64,000 nt of DNA from Craspedostauros australis (taxonomy: Eukaryota). The stretch is taken from positions 62,001 to 126,000 of the forward strand of contig JALAGF010004075.1 of NCBI GenBank assembly GCA_030167865.1. The letters are read 5' to 3'. Position numbers and translations under genes: made by a program. Of this stretch, positions 43,839 through 56,500 are shown in pieces. Position 1 is the first letter of the stretch, and every line of letters starts with the position of its first letter. A model generated the notes under the pieces. That model saw only the letters and a list, made by a program, of their open reading frames with translations, was not told the DNA's origin and searched no databases.

Positions 43839-45800
43839 ATGATGCGTCACCATACACGTAATGAAGAAAGGAGCCGCAAACAACATAGATCAACAAGAAA
43901 GACATCTTGCCTCCGACCGCTTCATTCATTCGTTGTCTTCGGTCTCTGCGCAATCGTCGCAACGCCGTCCAATAGCAAGCAGGCACATGCCTTCATCACG
44001 CCCGCTGCTCCATCATCTTGCAGACATGGCATGCCATCGTCGCAAGCAACCCAAGTATGGCGGCCCTCTCGCATACGCAACGCCGCCACGACGATGAGCA
44101 CGACGGATGCAACGCGGCAGAAACGCAACGACGAGATGGATGCGACATCGCTGCAAGACTTGTCCATCCGATCGCGACAACGACTGGGAGCATCGATCGC
44201 GATGATCCTGATCCTGAACCTCGCATCGACGACGACCGATCTGGCGGAGCTGTGGAGGATGATCCGTCAGGAGGGGATCTGGGAAGGCTACTTGGCCATG
44301 TCCGTTTCCAACATTGAGAGCGCCGTGCTGCCCACGGGTGCATCGGATCTGTTCTCGATTGCGTTGGGCGAAGCCATCGGTGGTGTGATCGGCGCCTGCG
44401 TCGTGACGTGCGTCAACTTGATCGTTCAGACGATCGATCGTTTGCAGCAGGATGGCGCAAATGGGAGGGGTGTTGAGGTCATGTTTCATCATGACGACGA
44501 CAACGACGACGACGGCAATGGTGATAGGACTCGTCTCAACAACAGCAGAGGCAGAGGCAGAGTCAGCATCTTTGGGAGAAATAGAGCACCAGGATCGCCA
44601 TCCGTGCTTGGTCGTGGTATAACTGCATTCAACGGTGTCAATACTGCATCCAGCAGTACATCCAACACTCCAACAGATACTGAAGGCACCAGCACCAACC
44701 CAGTCCGTAACTTGATGAACCCCGGAGCTGCTTCGTCTATCCCAGGAACGACTGTGCCCAAGCTACCGCCCACCACGCTCGCCATCGCCGACGGAGACTT
44801 CTTCATCGCCAGAAGCGCATCGAGGTCATTGCTGCAGTGGGTCGGCCTCCCACCCACAGCTTCCAACCTGCTCAGTGCGCTCTTCGCCGTCATACCATCG
44901 CAACTCGTCAAGATCAACTACCGTCGCAAACAGAGTCTGCAGATGGAGGAGAATAAAATCATGGATGCTCTGCTGCAGGAACAGATACAGCAGCAACGGC
45001 AGCTCAATGAGCAGAAGGGACGATTGGGCCACGGCGTCCTGTGGGCACGTTTGCTGCGGCTATCGTCGGGCGAGGGCGTTGCGACAAACTCAGACGACGT
45101 TCGCAGCAGCAACAACAGTAACAGCAAAGGAAAAGAGGCAGCAGCTGTGACGAGTGAGAGGAAGACGAACACTGCCATCGTGAGGGACCAAGCGGCACAA
45201 CCCCAACCAATAACGACGTTCGAGGTTGATTCCGTCGACGTCGTTTCCGATATCGTCCGATGGCTCGAGTACGACGTCCTTGCGCAAGAGCTGGCTGGAT
45301 ACCTGAGATGGAACGGCATGCCATTCGATCCCGCTCTCGATGGCGCCATCCTCGGTGGCGTGGCTGGTCTGTCCTCGCTGATCTACTCGGATCTGCTCTA
45401 CGGTTTCTTTCGTTTGGGACCCAAGCTGCGGCAGCTGGAAGTCCGGACAAGACAGCGCAGGGACTGGGTGTCGCTGTACATATCTCAAACCCTGTCCTTC
45501 GCCGCCCTCTTCGGCGTCTATGAAGGTGCCAAGATCCCCGCCAGCCGATGGATCCAGGGCATCCTGGCTGGCGGCTTTGATGGATGCTTGGGTTCGCAAG
45601 ACTTTGACATCTGCCTCCAGACTTACATCGACACCAACGCGCCGGGACCCAGCTTTGAGGCACAGATCCGCGCTTTGGCAACCAACCTGGCGATGGTGGA
45701 ACAGCGGTTGCACGACATATATGCTGATGCGGGGTCCATGGAACAGATTCTGCAGCAGGTCAAGATGCTGATGGATTTGACGGACCAATACGCGTACTAG
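43839..45800 (+). CDS. Hypothetical membrane protein, possibly plastid-targeted
   Basis: About 650-codon ORF with several hydrophobic segments and a hydrophobic N-region followed by 'AHA-F'. No family recognised; start uncertain. Confidence 0.7.
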   Translation: MMRHHTRNEERSRKQHRSTRKTSCLRPLHSFVVFGLCAIVATPSNSKQAHAFITPAAPSSCRHGMPSSQATQVWRPSRIRNAATTMSTTDATRQKRNDEMDATSLQDLSIRSRQRLGASIAMILILNLASTTTDLAELWRMIRQEGIWEGYLAMSVSNIESAVLPTGASDLFSIALGEAIGGVIGACVVTCVNLIVQTIDRLQQDGANGRGVEVMFHHDDDNDDDGNGDRTRLNNSRGRGRVSIFGRNRAPGSPSVLGRGITAFNGVNTASSSTSNTPTDTEGTSTNPVRNLMNPGAASSIPGTTVPKLPPTTLAIADGDFFIARSASRSLLQWVGLPPTASNLLSALFAVIPSQLVKINYRRKQSLQMEENKIMDALLQEQIQQQRQLNEQKGRLGHGVLWARLLRLSSGEGVATNSDDVRSSNNSNSKGKEAAAVTSERKTNTAIVRDQAAQPQPITTFEVDSVDVVSDIVRWLEYDVLAQELAGYLRWNGMPFDPALDGAILGGVAGLSSLIYSDLLYGFFRLGPKLRQLEVRTRQRRDWVSLYISQTLSFAALFGVYEGAKIPASRWIQGILAGGFDGCLGSQDFDICLQTYIDTNAPGPSFEAQIRALATNLAMVEQRLHDIYADAGSMEQILQQVKMLMDLTDQYAY

Positions 45801-46418
45801 CACAGCAATCAAGCGCTGGTGCCAGAAAAATAAACAACTGCAAAGAGTCCTCTGTGCTCTACGATCTATTCTGTGTAAGACCAGCGCTGCTCTACTCCAC
45901 TGCAATCGTCCAATTCTATTGGAAGCAGCTGGAGGTGACGACTCTGAAGTTGGACGGTGTCATGAGCGCAATCACTGTCACAATGAATTGTCCCGATCAG
46001 CACAAGCCAATTCTCATCTCGCTCTGAATGGGCATAAACTAGATTGATATGGATAGCCTAAACAAGACCTGAAACGGGACTAAATGCGTTGAATAAACGT
46101 TATATTGGCGAACACCGAAATGGCGCGAAGTTGTGACCAACAGCGATTGTTCGAGCTCGAGAAAAAAGCGCCAAAACAACACACCAACCAAATCAACCAG
46201 AGCGCTCCGCAATCCGAAACTCCAAACCCACAAAAACGACACAACTTGAATGCACCCGAACGTGTTGCCCGCAATTGTTCGATACCACCAACTGCGACAA
46301 CAGCAGCAACAGCAGCAGCAGCAACAACAGACTTGCCACAACCAAAAAGAGAGAGACGGAGAGAGAGTGAAACATTAGGAGGAAAGAGCGACACAAAGTG
46401 TGATCGGAAGACACCAGC

Positions 46419-47745
46419 ATGGCGACAATGGCTGAAGTGGTGCAACGTGACGACAGAATGATGCTGCGACAGCGATGGGTCTCCCCGTCCACCAGCTTCC
46501 AGCGTGGTGCTTCCAGACGCAGGCACGCTGGACTGCAAAGGAAGACGACGAGCTTCACGTCGTTGAAGGAGAAGCTGAAGACTGCGTGCTTGGAACGAGC
46601 AAGGCAGAAACGTCACGAACTGTTGCGTCAGAGGAGGCAGGGCGCCACTGCTGGCCACCACCACGCACTGATCAATGGCCAGTCCGCATCCCTCGACCAA
46701 TCCTCGACCAGCATCAGTCCTGCAAGGCAGATGATCCAGGAGGAGATGCGGCGTCACGGCGTTGTCGCACGATCGATCGACACGGTCATGGATGGTTGCA
46801 TGGAGGATGCGCATCGTCGTGTTATCCACAGTGGTAATACTCAGGAGTGCGGAATGGGAATCTGTGGAACCGATGCCACCATGGCAGTATCTGCGATGGA
46901 ACAGACGCCACCTTCAAGCCAGGACATGGAAGAAGCAACGCCTACCCATCCAGCAGGCACTGACGGTCCTTTGGAACTGCCTGATCCCGAGGAACCATAC
47001 TTAATCTCGGAGGAAGACTTCATCGAACTGCTGCAGGAGGTTGACGATGAACTATGCAGCGAAGGTAAGAAAGAGTACTGATGTGCATGTGCATTTGTAT
47101 GTAGTTGTCTTGGATTGGATAGGATTGGATGCACTTGTGCCAGGTTGCAAACACCCACTGATTCATTCATCGTGCTTCGCACGTCATCTTGTCCATCCTC
47201 TCACCTTCATTCCCATTTTCAATCATGCCGTGCCTCGCTGTCTTGCTCTTCGCTCTCGTGGACAATTGAATCAAATAGACGAATTTCTGGAGAATGCTTG
47301 TGCGGCGTACGAAATGGAAGAGATGGAGCTGCAGTCCCAGATCGAAGAATACGAACGTTGGCAAGAGACGGAAATGGGAATGGCGATGGACGATGGATGC
47401 GGAGGACCAATGCACGAAGAGCAAGTTATTTGCCCGCTGTGCTGTGTGGACACCTTGCACCTTGTGTCGCAGCAAGGCGCTGATGGCAGCAGTGTCATTG
47501 TGTGTTCCAACCGCAGTTGCGCGCTACGATTGCCGTGTCCCCAATCACCTCCCATGTCAGCCAGCAACGTCCACCACAGCTCACCGCTGGCAACGCTTCG
47601 GAATCGGCTGTGCGAGGTGCACGAACACCATGGCCATCAATGCTCGAGCTTGTTGCGATGCCGAATGCATCATGACGGACTGGATGGATCACCCAGCCTT
47701 GTGGCATGCTGCGATGCATGCCGGCTCTTCGTGAAGGTCCATTGA
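46419..47745 (+). CDS. RPAIN: RPA-interacting protein (RPAIN/RIP) homologue
   Basis: Exons 46419-47064 and 47279-47745. N-terminal 'LKEKLKTACLERARQKRHELL', acidic middle, C-terminal Zn finger 'VICPLC...VCSNRSC...HEHHGHQC...CDAC'. Confidence 0.8.
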
Positions 47746-48163
47746 TTGTGCCAATTGTCATGTGTGCACCGTCAACGTGGAGCTCCGTTGTGGCGACAGG
47801 GGGTCCGTCAAGGCCTGTCTCTCTCTCCACCGAGACAGAAGGAGAGTGAGAGCAGGATACGCACTCGGGTGGCAGAATGTCTTCTTTTTAACGCATGCCA
47901 AGCCAACTGGGCACAATAGCGATGGCATTACAAATACTCCACATGAACTAGCATTCCAAAACCACAACATTCCCTCCAGAGAGAGAGAGAGAGATGATGA
48001 TGCTTGAATACTCCGCTGAGACTTCAACATCTAATCGTACCAGTACACCTGCCACTGCGTTATGTTCCAATCTATATTATGTCTTGCTCTGCCCATTCTT
48101 GCGTTTGCACTACTCGACTCTGTTGCAAGGCATACCAGTAAATGGCCTGGATTGCCCTGCCGC

Positions 48164-49929
48164 TCACATGTCGTACTGATGCGTCCGGCCCATCGTGTTG
48201 AGATGGGCGTGGAGCTTGGATGACGACTTCGTGATCTCCTCCTGCCGCTGTCGTTCAATCCATCTGTCATGTTGGTGGTAGGTCAGCACTCCATCCGCTG
48301 TGACAGGGATGTGGTGAGCGGGGATCCCCATCACCAGAAGCTTGTATCTGCATTCCTGGTCGCTTCCTGCGATGGTGCGACGATTACAATAGATGGGACG
48401 GTATCACACCACGGAGGAACGGCGCATTGATGGATCACCCGCAGTGTGTTGCGATGAGCGCATTCGAACGGGAACAATGGTGGATGAGAGGAGAAGAGCA
48501 TGAGACAGGAACATGGGACAGCAGAATATTCGTCGTATGACACGTTAGCAACGACCACAAGAGTAGCCGCCGTTGCTCGTGTTGCGTCCAATTCGCAAGT
48601 GCGCAGCATTCAAAGGTGCATGCAACGAGCAACACTCACAGCAGCAACAACAACAGTGCCCGTGTCGGGAGCGGTAGGTGCTTACCTTGGAAGTATCGGA
48701 AGCGCACCCGGATCACCGGCTGGCTGAGATGGACGATGAGGTCTGCCACGCTCTGCCATATCTTGTCGCTGAAGCAGAAGTAGAACGCGGCGAGTCTGAT
48801 CGGCAGGACCGCATTGAGCCGAAGGAGCTGACGGATGACTTCGAAATCCACAGGACCGGTCGGCTTCGATTTCACCGAATACCCAAGAAGGATGACGCCA
48901 AAGCGTTGCGAATATTCGCTTTGCATGATGACCATCGTGACGTACCACTCCGCCCGAAGCTATGTCGTACAGACCATGGCGATATTGAAAGAGCAGCGTA
49001 GCCGAATGGAGTGCGGAATGCCATAACAGGGGGTCGCATGGTGGAGTATCCGTATTGTGTGGATACAGACGTGTGGACACAGACGCGTGGACAAGCATGT
49101 ATAGCAGACGGAGAAGTTGTTGTTGCGAACGTTAGTGAGGTATGTCACGATGCAAGCAGGGTCGGCACAGGATCTTGTATTCGCATGTTCGCCCCTTCAT
49201 CGCTCCTCCAAACACGCAAAGTCAACATCATGCCATGGGTGGGGTGCAGTACCATACTTCACTGTCCAGTCACCTAACCGATGCTGCTGATTCTCGCCTC
49301 TTGCATTCATACACGTACGAGTGCTGGACGAATCTGATATCACTTACGATATTCTTGGACTTTTTGTACTTCCACGTCGCGTACCGACTGAAGACGACGG
49401 TTCTGCGGAAGGTATCCGACTTGGGCAACACTTGGAAGGAGCCACGTCTCAGACACTCCATGTCGTCCTCGTCGAGATCGTTCAGCGTGATGTCTTCGGC
49501 CAACCTGGCCTGGTCGAAAAGATCCAATTTCGCCTTGAAGTGAGCAACCATCTGCGCAGCTGCCTTTTCGGCGTTGTAATGGTTTACCCGAAGGAACAGC
49601 ATGCGGAAACCTGGGTTGTCGGTGTAGTGCTCATTCTGTTGACGGGCCAGATCGAAGGCCTCCCTGCCTTGCACCTTGGCCAGCTCCATGTGCAAAGCTA
49701 CGAGGACCTGGCACACGAACTCGTTGCTTTCGACGTTGGTCTCCGGCGCTCCTCCAAGATCGCCGTAGACGCGATTGCGGTCCTTCTCGGAGAGCTGGAT
49801 GGTGTCGCGAACGATGCGCTGGCTTCCCGGTTGGCAGATGATGTTGGACCAGCAGGCGTACCATGCTTCTTCGTCAAACTGCAGCGCCAGCTGCATGTTG
49901 TGGCCCCTGGGATTGCTGTCATCGTCCAT
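48164..49929 (-). CDS. Diatom-expanded CRAL-TRIO-like family protein (family usually carrying C-terminal DUF6824)
   Basis: Exons 49929-49348, 48959-48686, 48366-48164, all frame-consistent. 'FRMLFLRVNHYNAEKAAAQMVAHF..KLDLF...LAEDITLNDL', 'QVLPKSD..RRTV', 'SQRFGV', 'LPIRLAAFYFC', 'GSDQECRYKLLVMGIP'. Confidence 0.8.
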
Positions 49930-51597
49930 GGTTGTGGTGGTTCTGATTCTGATTTTAATTATTTGGCGGTTCTTCTTGCTGCAGTTGATCGTTGATCGTT
50001 GGTGTGATTGTTGGTGTGATGGTAGTGTAGGTGCTGCTCAACAATGAACATTCATTCGCCTCTTTGGAATGAAGAAGTATTTGTTTGGAGGTATGGGAGT
50101 TACGATGTGTGCTTTGAGTATCGGGGATGGCGGCGCGTTGTGTGGGTTGGGTGCATGTGCGGTTGTCAGTGGCATTGTGAGTCCGACTGCGAGAGACCGG
50201 GCGTGGTCGTGGTCGTCACTCGACTTCCGAAGTTGCTTCTTGGTGATGGATTGTGTTCTCTGTTTTGCGTTCTGTTGATACAACTCTTCGCACATGCGCG
50301 CATCAACACACAGTCGCTGCTCTATGATCTGTACCTGGCCACTCGTAGTTTGTGCTGAATTGGTGTTGGTGTTGGTCTCGTGGCTCTCCACGAGTATAGA
50401 ACGAACAAGTGTCCTCTGTGTACCGGCATCGACACCAACATCGACATCAACACGTCTCTCGACCAGTCACTTGTTTGCCTTCTCCGATGTTCTTCTCTTG
50501 TTCTCGGTTGCCATGTCCATGCCCTTGCGGTTCTACTCTTCTCCACTCTACTCCACACTATTGGTATGGTCTTCAGAGTCATCGCGTCCTTGCCAATGTC
50601 GGCCCTCCGCCTGCTGCTGATGCTTCTCCTACTGGTGACAAGGGCAGCTGGGTTGGCTTTGTGCGCCAAACCCTCACCGATGGTTGTGTTCCTCTCTCCC
50701 CATCCGCCATACTTGTTACCGTGATACGAGGGAGCCCCATGGTCGAGGGGCTTGCCTCCTTCTCACCCTTCTCCCCACCCACATGTTGCAAACATCACAG
50801 CTGGGATGTTCTTCATCGCGACGTGTCCCCCACCATCCCCTCCTCTCCGCATCACATTGCGGTACTATGGAAGTTGCGCCTGGAGGTGTCCAGATCAGGC
50901 AACAAGTGAAGGAAAAGGTAATTTCGGGAACACGGCACCGAAATCGGTTGATTTGGGGAGTCGTTGGGGACCAAAGACATCCCTCTGTGACTCACTCTCG
51001 GGCAGGACTGATATTCTTGTTTTATCCTTGTGAACCGTGATCAAACTGATAAAAAGATCGAATTAGTCATTCACTCACGAGCTTTTTCAGGCCGTCGTCA
51101 ACAAGACCTCGTGTGTTCGTGCGAAAATCATTCCCGTTCGGCCGTTATTCGTCCCAACAACAAGGCCAACAGGAAACGCAAACCAAACAACAGACGAACA
51201 AACGGATGAACGGATGAACGGAGCAACAGGCAGACAACGGCGAAGTGTCGCCGCAGACGATGTGATGAATCTCTCCTGCTTCGTCTTCGTCTCTGCATTC
51301 CTGTTTTTTGTGTCCGCGTGTTCAACGGAACTGCTCTGTGTGAGTATCGGTACGAGTTATCATCATCGTCGTTGTTGTCATCGCCATTGCCATTGCCACC
51401 AGTTGTCAACACCAGTCGTCACCACCGCATCGCCAAGCCTTGCGGACGCATTCAAAGAAGGTATCGAGCATCCGTGCGAATAAAGCGTAGGGAGGATTGA
51501 ACGGAACGAAGGCAGCTGAACCGACGGCAGGCAACCAATTCCGAGTCCAACCCAGCACTGCTGCATCGCAGTTCTCTGCGTTGAGCCGATCAAAGCG

Positions 51598-52398
51598 ATG
51601 AACGCTGCAATGAACGCCACAAGCGATGTGGCTTCGCGGCCGAGACAGAACGCAATGCAGTACGGTGAAGCAACGGCGGGTGCGGGACCTTCCTTCGCAT
51701 CGCAGATGTCATCGCCGCCTGCCGCGGCATCGACGCAAGCAAATCCCATGATGAATTCCAGCAAGATAAGGATACCGCACGACACGCTCGAATACCGCGT
51801 CCTGGCCGACACCATCTCCTACCTGCCGCGGCATGCGATGCACGACGCACGGCAGGAACCGACATCGGCCACGCAGTACAATCTGTATCGCGAGGCGTCC
51901 CTGAAGACCTCCTCGACGGACGACATGTCCCTCCGCGACTTCCGCGAGAAGGATTGGACGCCGCAGGACTCCGGATACGGTGCCGCGTGTCCCGTGTGTG
52001 GTTGGATTCCGAAGCCGGTGCGTCGCGCGATCGAATACACCCTGATCGTCGGCATGGTCATCTTCATGGTCTACATCGTCGTCGTGGCGTCGATACAGCT
52101 GAAGAAGGAGCGCTCCCAGAACGAATCCAACGTGACGAGTGACAACTACGACGGCGGCGTTCAAACCGATGACGATCTGTACCAGGAGTATTCCAACGAT
52201 CATTACTACCAAGACGACGATGCGGGTTACTATGGCATGAACGACAACGATTCGGAGTACGCAGCCTACAGCGGGAACGACGACGACGACGATGATGGCG
52301 CGCAGCAGAATCAAAACAGTGCATACGGATACACTGGGAATGCAAACAATGCATACGCATATGCAAATGGAGAAGACAACGGATATGGGAATAGATGA
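51598..52398 (+). CDS. Hypothetical single-pass membrane protein with Asp/Asn/Tyr-rich C-terminus
   Basis: 266-aa ORF with C/G-rich third positions and one TM 'YTLIVGMVIFMVYIVVVASI' preceded by 'YGAACPVCGWIPK'. Confidence 0.75.
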   Translation: MNAAMNATSDVASRPRQNAMQYGEATAGAGPSFASQMSSPPAAASTQANPMMNSSKIRIPHDTLEYRVLADTISYLPRHAMHDARQEPTSATQYNLYREASLKTSSTDDMSLRDFREKDWTPQDSGYGAACPVCGWIPKPVRRAIEYTLIVGMVIFMVYIVVVASIQLKKERSQNESNVTSDNYDGGVQTDDDLYQEYSNDHYYQDDDAGYYGMNDNDSEYAAYSGNDDDDDDGAQQNQNSAYGYTGNANNAYAYANGEDNGYGNR

Positions 52399-53553
52399 TG
52401 TCAATTGAGATGTGTATGGCACGAGTACGCACGCAATAATGACATGGAATGAGATGAATGGAAGGGCATAGCTAAGATGGCATGCAACGGCATGGAATGG
52501 TATGAGATGCTTTGGAACATCTCAACCCCAACCTTAGCAGAGACGAATTAGAGCATTGGTATAGATTACATGCTCGAAAGAATGGCAGATTAGTGATTGC
52601 CATGAGGATTCGAGTATAGTTAGTTATCTCCAGACATACTACCTGTACTATGAACAATTTGCTGGAGTGGAGTGGTTTGGTACAATGCGATCAACGCCAA
52701 CGAGGACCACCTCTGGAGGAGGTGGTGGCGAATGAAGTTGCGAATACGATTCGCGCAGATCGAACACACAGAGACACACAACGCTCGGAGCTGTCCAAGC
52801 CCAACAGTCCATGTTCCAGCAAAACAGAACAAACTCAGCAAGAAGCCCAAATCTGGTATCAAACCGATGAAATAACGCTAACAGTTATTTTTAGACGCTA
52901 TCATCTCCGTTTGCCCGGTGTTTTGAATCCCAACTCCAACGAATGAACGCCTCCACCAATGAGAATCCATACATTGAGTCATGCTGCGAGACTGAGTCGT
53001 GGTGAGAGTCGTCCAAACTTGAGAACTGACAAAAAACGGATGTGACACATGCAAGAATTCAAATGTGGAACAGCCGCAAGGCAGGCCAAATCGGCATCCA
53101 CCGAACCGAGACGATGGCAACGCGAGGGTCTGTTTTGCGCGGCGGTGGAAGCAACGAACAAGAAGGCCACGACAACAGTGGTGGCGACCATGATGATGAA
53201 CATCACACCTCCTCAGTGATTGAAAAGAACAGTGACTTCGGCAGAGGCAACCAAGAGGACAACAGACCCTGCGAGAGGAGTATCGCCAGAGCACAAGTGA
53301 CATCGTCATCTTCTTGCTGCCTTCCTCACTGAACACGCATCAGAAGAACTTCGCAATCGTGGGTTCGAGAAGCAACACGCAGAGTCGATAGAGCACGGGT
53401 GCAGACAAAGAACGTTGCAAGAGAGAGAGAGAGACCAAGAACAGGAACGAGAGGAGAAGGAAGGAACGAAGGAAGGAGAGGAGCAAGCAAGAAGACTCCA
53501 TCCATCACAACAGGCACACCCACGAGCGCGCACACACACAAAAGAAAACGAAG

Positions 53554-56500
53554 ATGGCAACAAACACCGATTCTGGCATTGTTGCGCGCGTTCTGCAACT
53601 TCCTGGCGACGCGAATTTTGTGGGGGCAACTAAATCTGTCCATCCGCCATCATTCCATGACGCACCACCCTCCCGTCCACCTCATCGATCACGATCGAAG
53701 AAAATCTCAATGTCATCGTCTGTTGCGACTACTGTTGCCACCACCGCAATCGTGGAATCGACCTTGGAGGCACGAATCACGAACCAGGAAGTTCTGCCGA
53801 GTGGAGACGGCACATTCCATGCGCAGCAGTATCCTCCTCCAAGCCATCAGCATCAGCATCAGCATCAGAATCAATACCATCGTCACAGTCAGCAACATCA
53901 AGAACAGAGACGATACCCGCAGCATCTCCATCTGGATCACACGTCTCGGCAAGGAAGGGATCGAGAAAGAGAACCCTTCTCATCCAGACCACCCATAACA
54001 CACAGAACGCCCACAGCATCCACAACATCTACAGCATCTCCAGCGCCACGGTTAACGCAGCCTGCGAAGCAAACGATAGAGCCAACAGCAGCAACAGCAA
54101 CAACAGCAACAACAGCAGCAACAGCCCATCTGGAGGCAGTGATCCAACCAAGTGCAGCCAACGTACGAATAGACGCAGAACGGAATCTCGTTGATGATCG
54201 TGACAGCGCCGTAGGATCAACAGCTTCATCAGCGAACTCGTCCCGTGTTTTCTCACCACCCACATCATCCGTCGGTGCTGGGTCCACCTCATCCACAGCT
54301 ACGTACTATCGAGAGCATTACCTGCAGCAGCAGCAACAGCATCGCAACCATCTCTACAGGTCTCCCGCATTGTCGCTGCTCAAGTCAGCTGCGCGATCCA
54401 TCCTTGACGACGCAACACCAAGCCCCGCAACACCATCGTCGCAGGCAGCATTCCAAACCACGGACAACCAGCAAGGGGAAGGCATCTTCAGCAACGCCAG
54501 CAACGGCGACAACGGCAACAACGAAGAGACGGGGAGCGCCGCAACTGGAGACGACAACACAGTGAATAGCACGGCAAGGAGCTCTGGCTTCTTCACCAAT
54601 TCATCCTTCGACAGTGCTGCGTACTTGTCGACGTGGAGGACGAAGACCGTCCAGCATCCAATCTCTTCATCGACGCATGCCCACGCTCGAAATCACAGTC
54701 ACAACCATCTTCCTCGTCACCAGTCGCAACAGCGAGAACCGCATTCATCAGCACCACAAGCATTTGCGCTCAGAGACGGCACGCATACTCGCAGCAAACA
54801 AACCATCTCACCGATCGTAGATAGAACCAACGATCAGTGGCACGATTCAGCAGACACCAAGCAGTCACAACAGGACCATTCACCACCCGTGAATCAATTC
54901 CAAGGACCCATCTTTGACTCGCCCTACTCGTTGGCTTCATCATCGTACGACGAACAAGACGCGGCTGCGTCATCACGCATCGTCTCGGCACACAGCCCTG
55001 CCACTCGCCTCACATTCAGTACACCGGCACAGTCAGCTGTATCAGGCACAGCTCGCCAAGTCCAGCACTCGGGTTCAGCAACACAGACAACGAGAAACGG
55101 AGATCGACCAGTCACAGCCAACGTTACTTCTGCTGCCAACCGAAGTGCGCTCTCTCAGCTCGCATCGTTGCAGGTTGAAAAGATGCCCGCCCTACCAAAC
55201 GAACAGGACAGGAAGAGGTTCCTGGGCTGCCTTGCGGCCATCCTCGCCTCCTCCTACGACTACGATGTCTACGAGGAACCGAAAGCGAAGACAAGGGATG
55301 GTACGTCCGAGCAAAACAGCTTCCATGAACAGCAAGCCTACCTTGATATGGTTGAGCAATCGACGTGTTCGTTGGATGAGAGTGAGGAACTATCCAGCAG
55401 GAACATGCTGGCGGAGAAGCCATCGCTGCAACCAGCGACGCAGTCACAATCAATGCAACAACAACAACAGCGCGGCTCACTGCATCAATCTGCATCTGAA
55501 AGTTTCGAATATACAGACGTTGATGAGCTGCATCACGATGAGGTCTACGGCAACGGCAGCAGCAGCAACGAATTCAAGCAACACCGTCCAAGTGGAGTTC
55601 ACGACAGCACGTCCATTTCCAATACGCCATCGAAGCGAAACTCATCGTCACTGATGTGGACAAAGTCGAAGTCAAAGGAGAAGATCATTCTGGCCAAGCG
55701 TCGACATAGACGTCGGCGGTATCATGTCATGTGCAAGCTTTTGATCCAATCGTCTGATCTCCTCCTGCTGGAAGGAACGGTCGGCAAGGCCTTCATCCCC
55801 ATGCTCGCTGATGTCTTGGTGCCACCCAAACCCAAAGATAAAATCAACGCAGCGAACAAGCAGAATGGGCAATCACGCAGAGGCACCCACGAAGAAACCC
55901 GCACATCAGCATCACCGGCTTTGGAAAGATCTGACTCCGATGGTTCGCAATCCGATTTGGGATCCTCCTTCGAAAGCCTTTCCGATTTGCACGACTTGCC
56001 ATCGGAATTCGGTGAAGACGAAGTCCTCAGACCCTTTTTGGAATCACTCACACCAGGTGCGGGCATCCGGTGTCTCTCCTTGTTCTTGCTGCAGCACTTG
56101 CTCTCCAGCGAGGTCGGGTACGATGCGCGCATCCGGCACGTCGTCAAGAAGCTTGGTGTTTTGGTCCTGGCACGTGACATGCAACACGACGAACTCGAGA
56201 GTGCGATGGAACGCAGCAGCGACCTCACCGACACTCCATCCAAGCAACGCGCCAGAGGCAAGGCTGACTACGATACGTTGCTGATACGCGCCACACGCAA
56301 GTTCGAGTCGTTGGAGAGCAGCATCGCACACAGGATCATCTTGCTCTCAGGATCACCAAGTGCCAAAGGAGCAGCCGGGAGCAACGCCGGTGCCGCCAGC
56401 AACGCAACGAGAACAGATGGAAGCAGCAAGCCAAGGAAGAGCGGCATAACCCGCGAACAGATCGTGCGCGGTGTCAAAATCGGGTCTGCGGGGCTGATCG

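Noticed and set aside
53042-53332. Short ORF upstream of TMCO4 containing LRGGG
   Set aside because: No signal peptide or domain; could be a uORF but unsupported.
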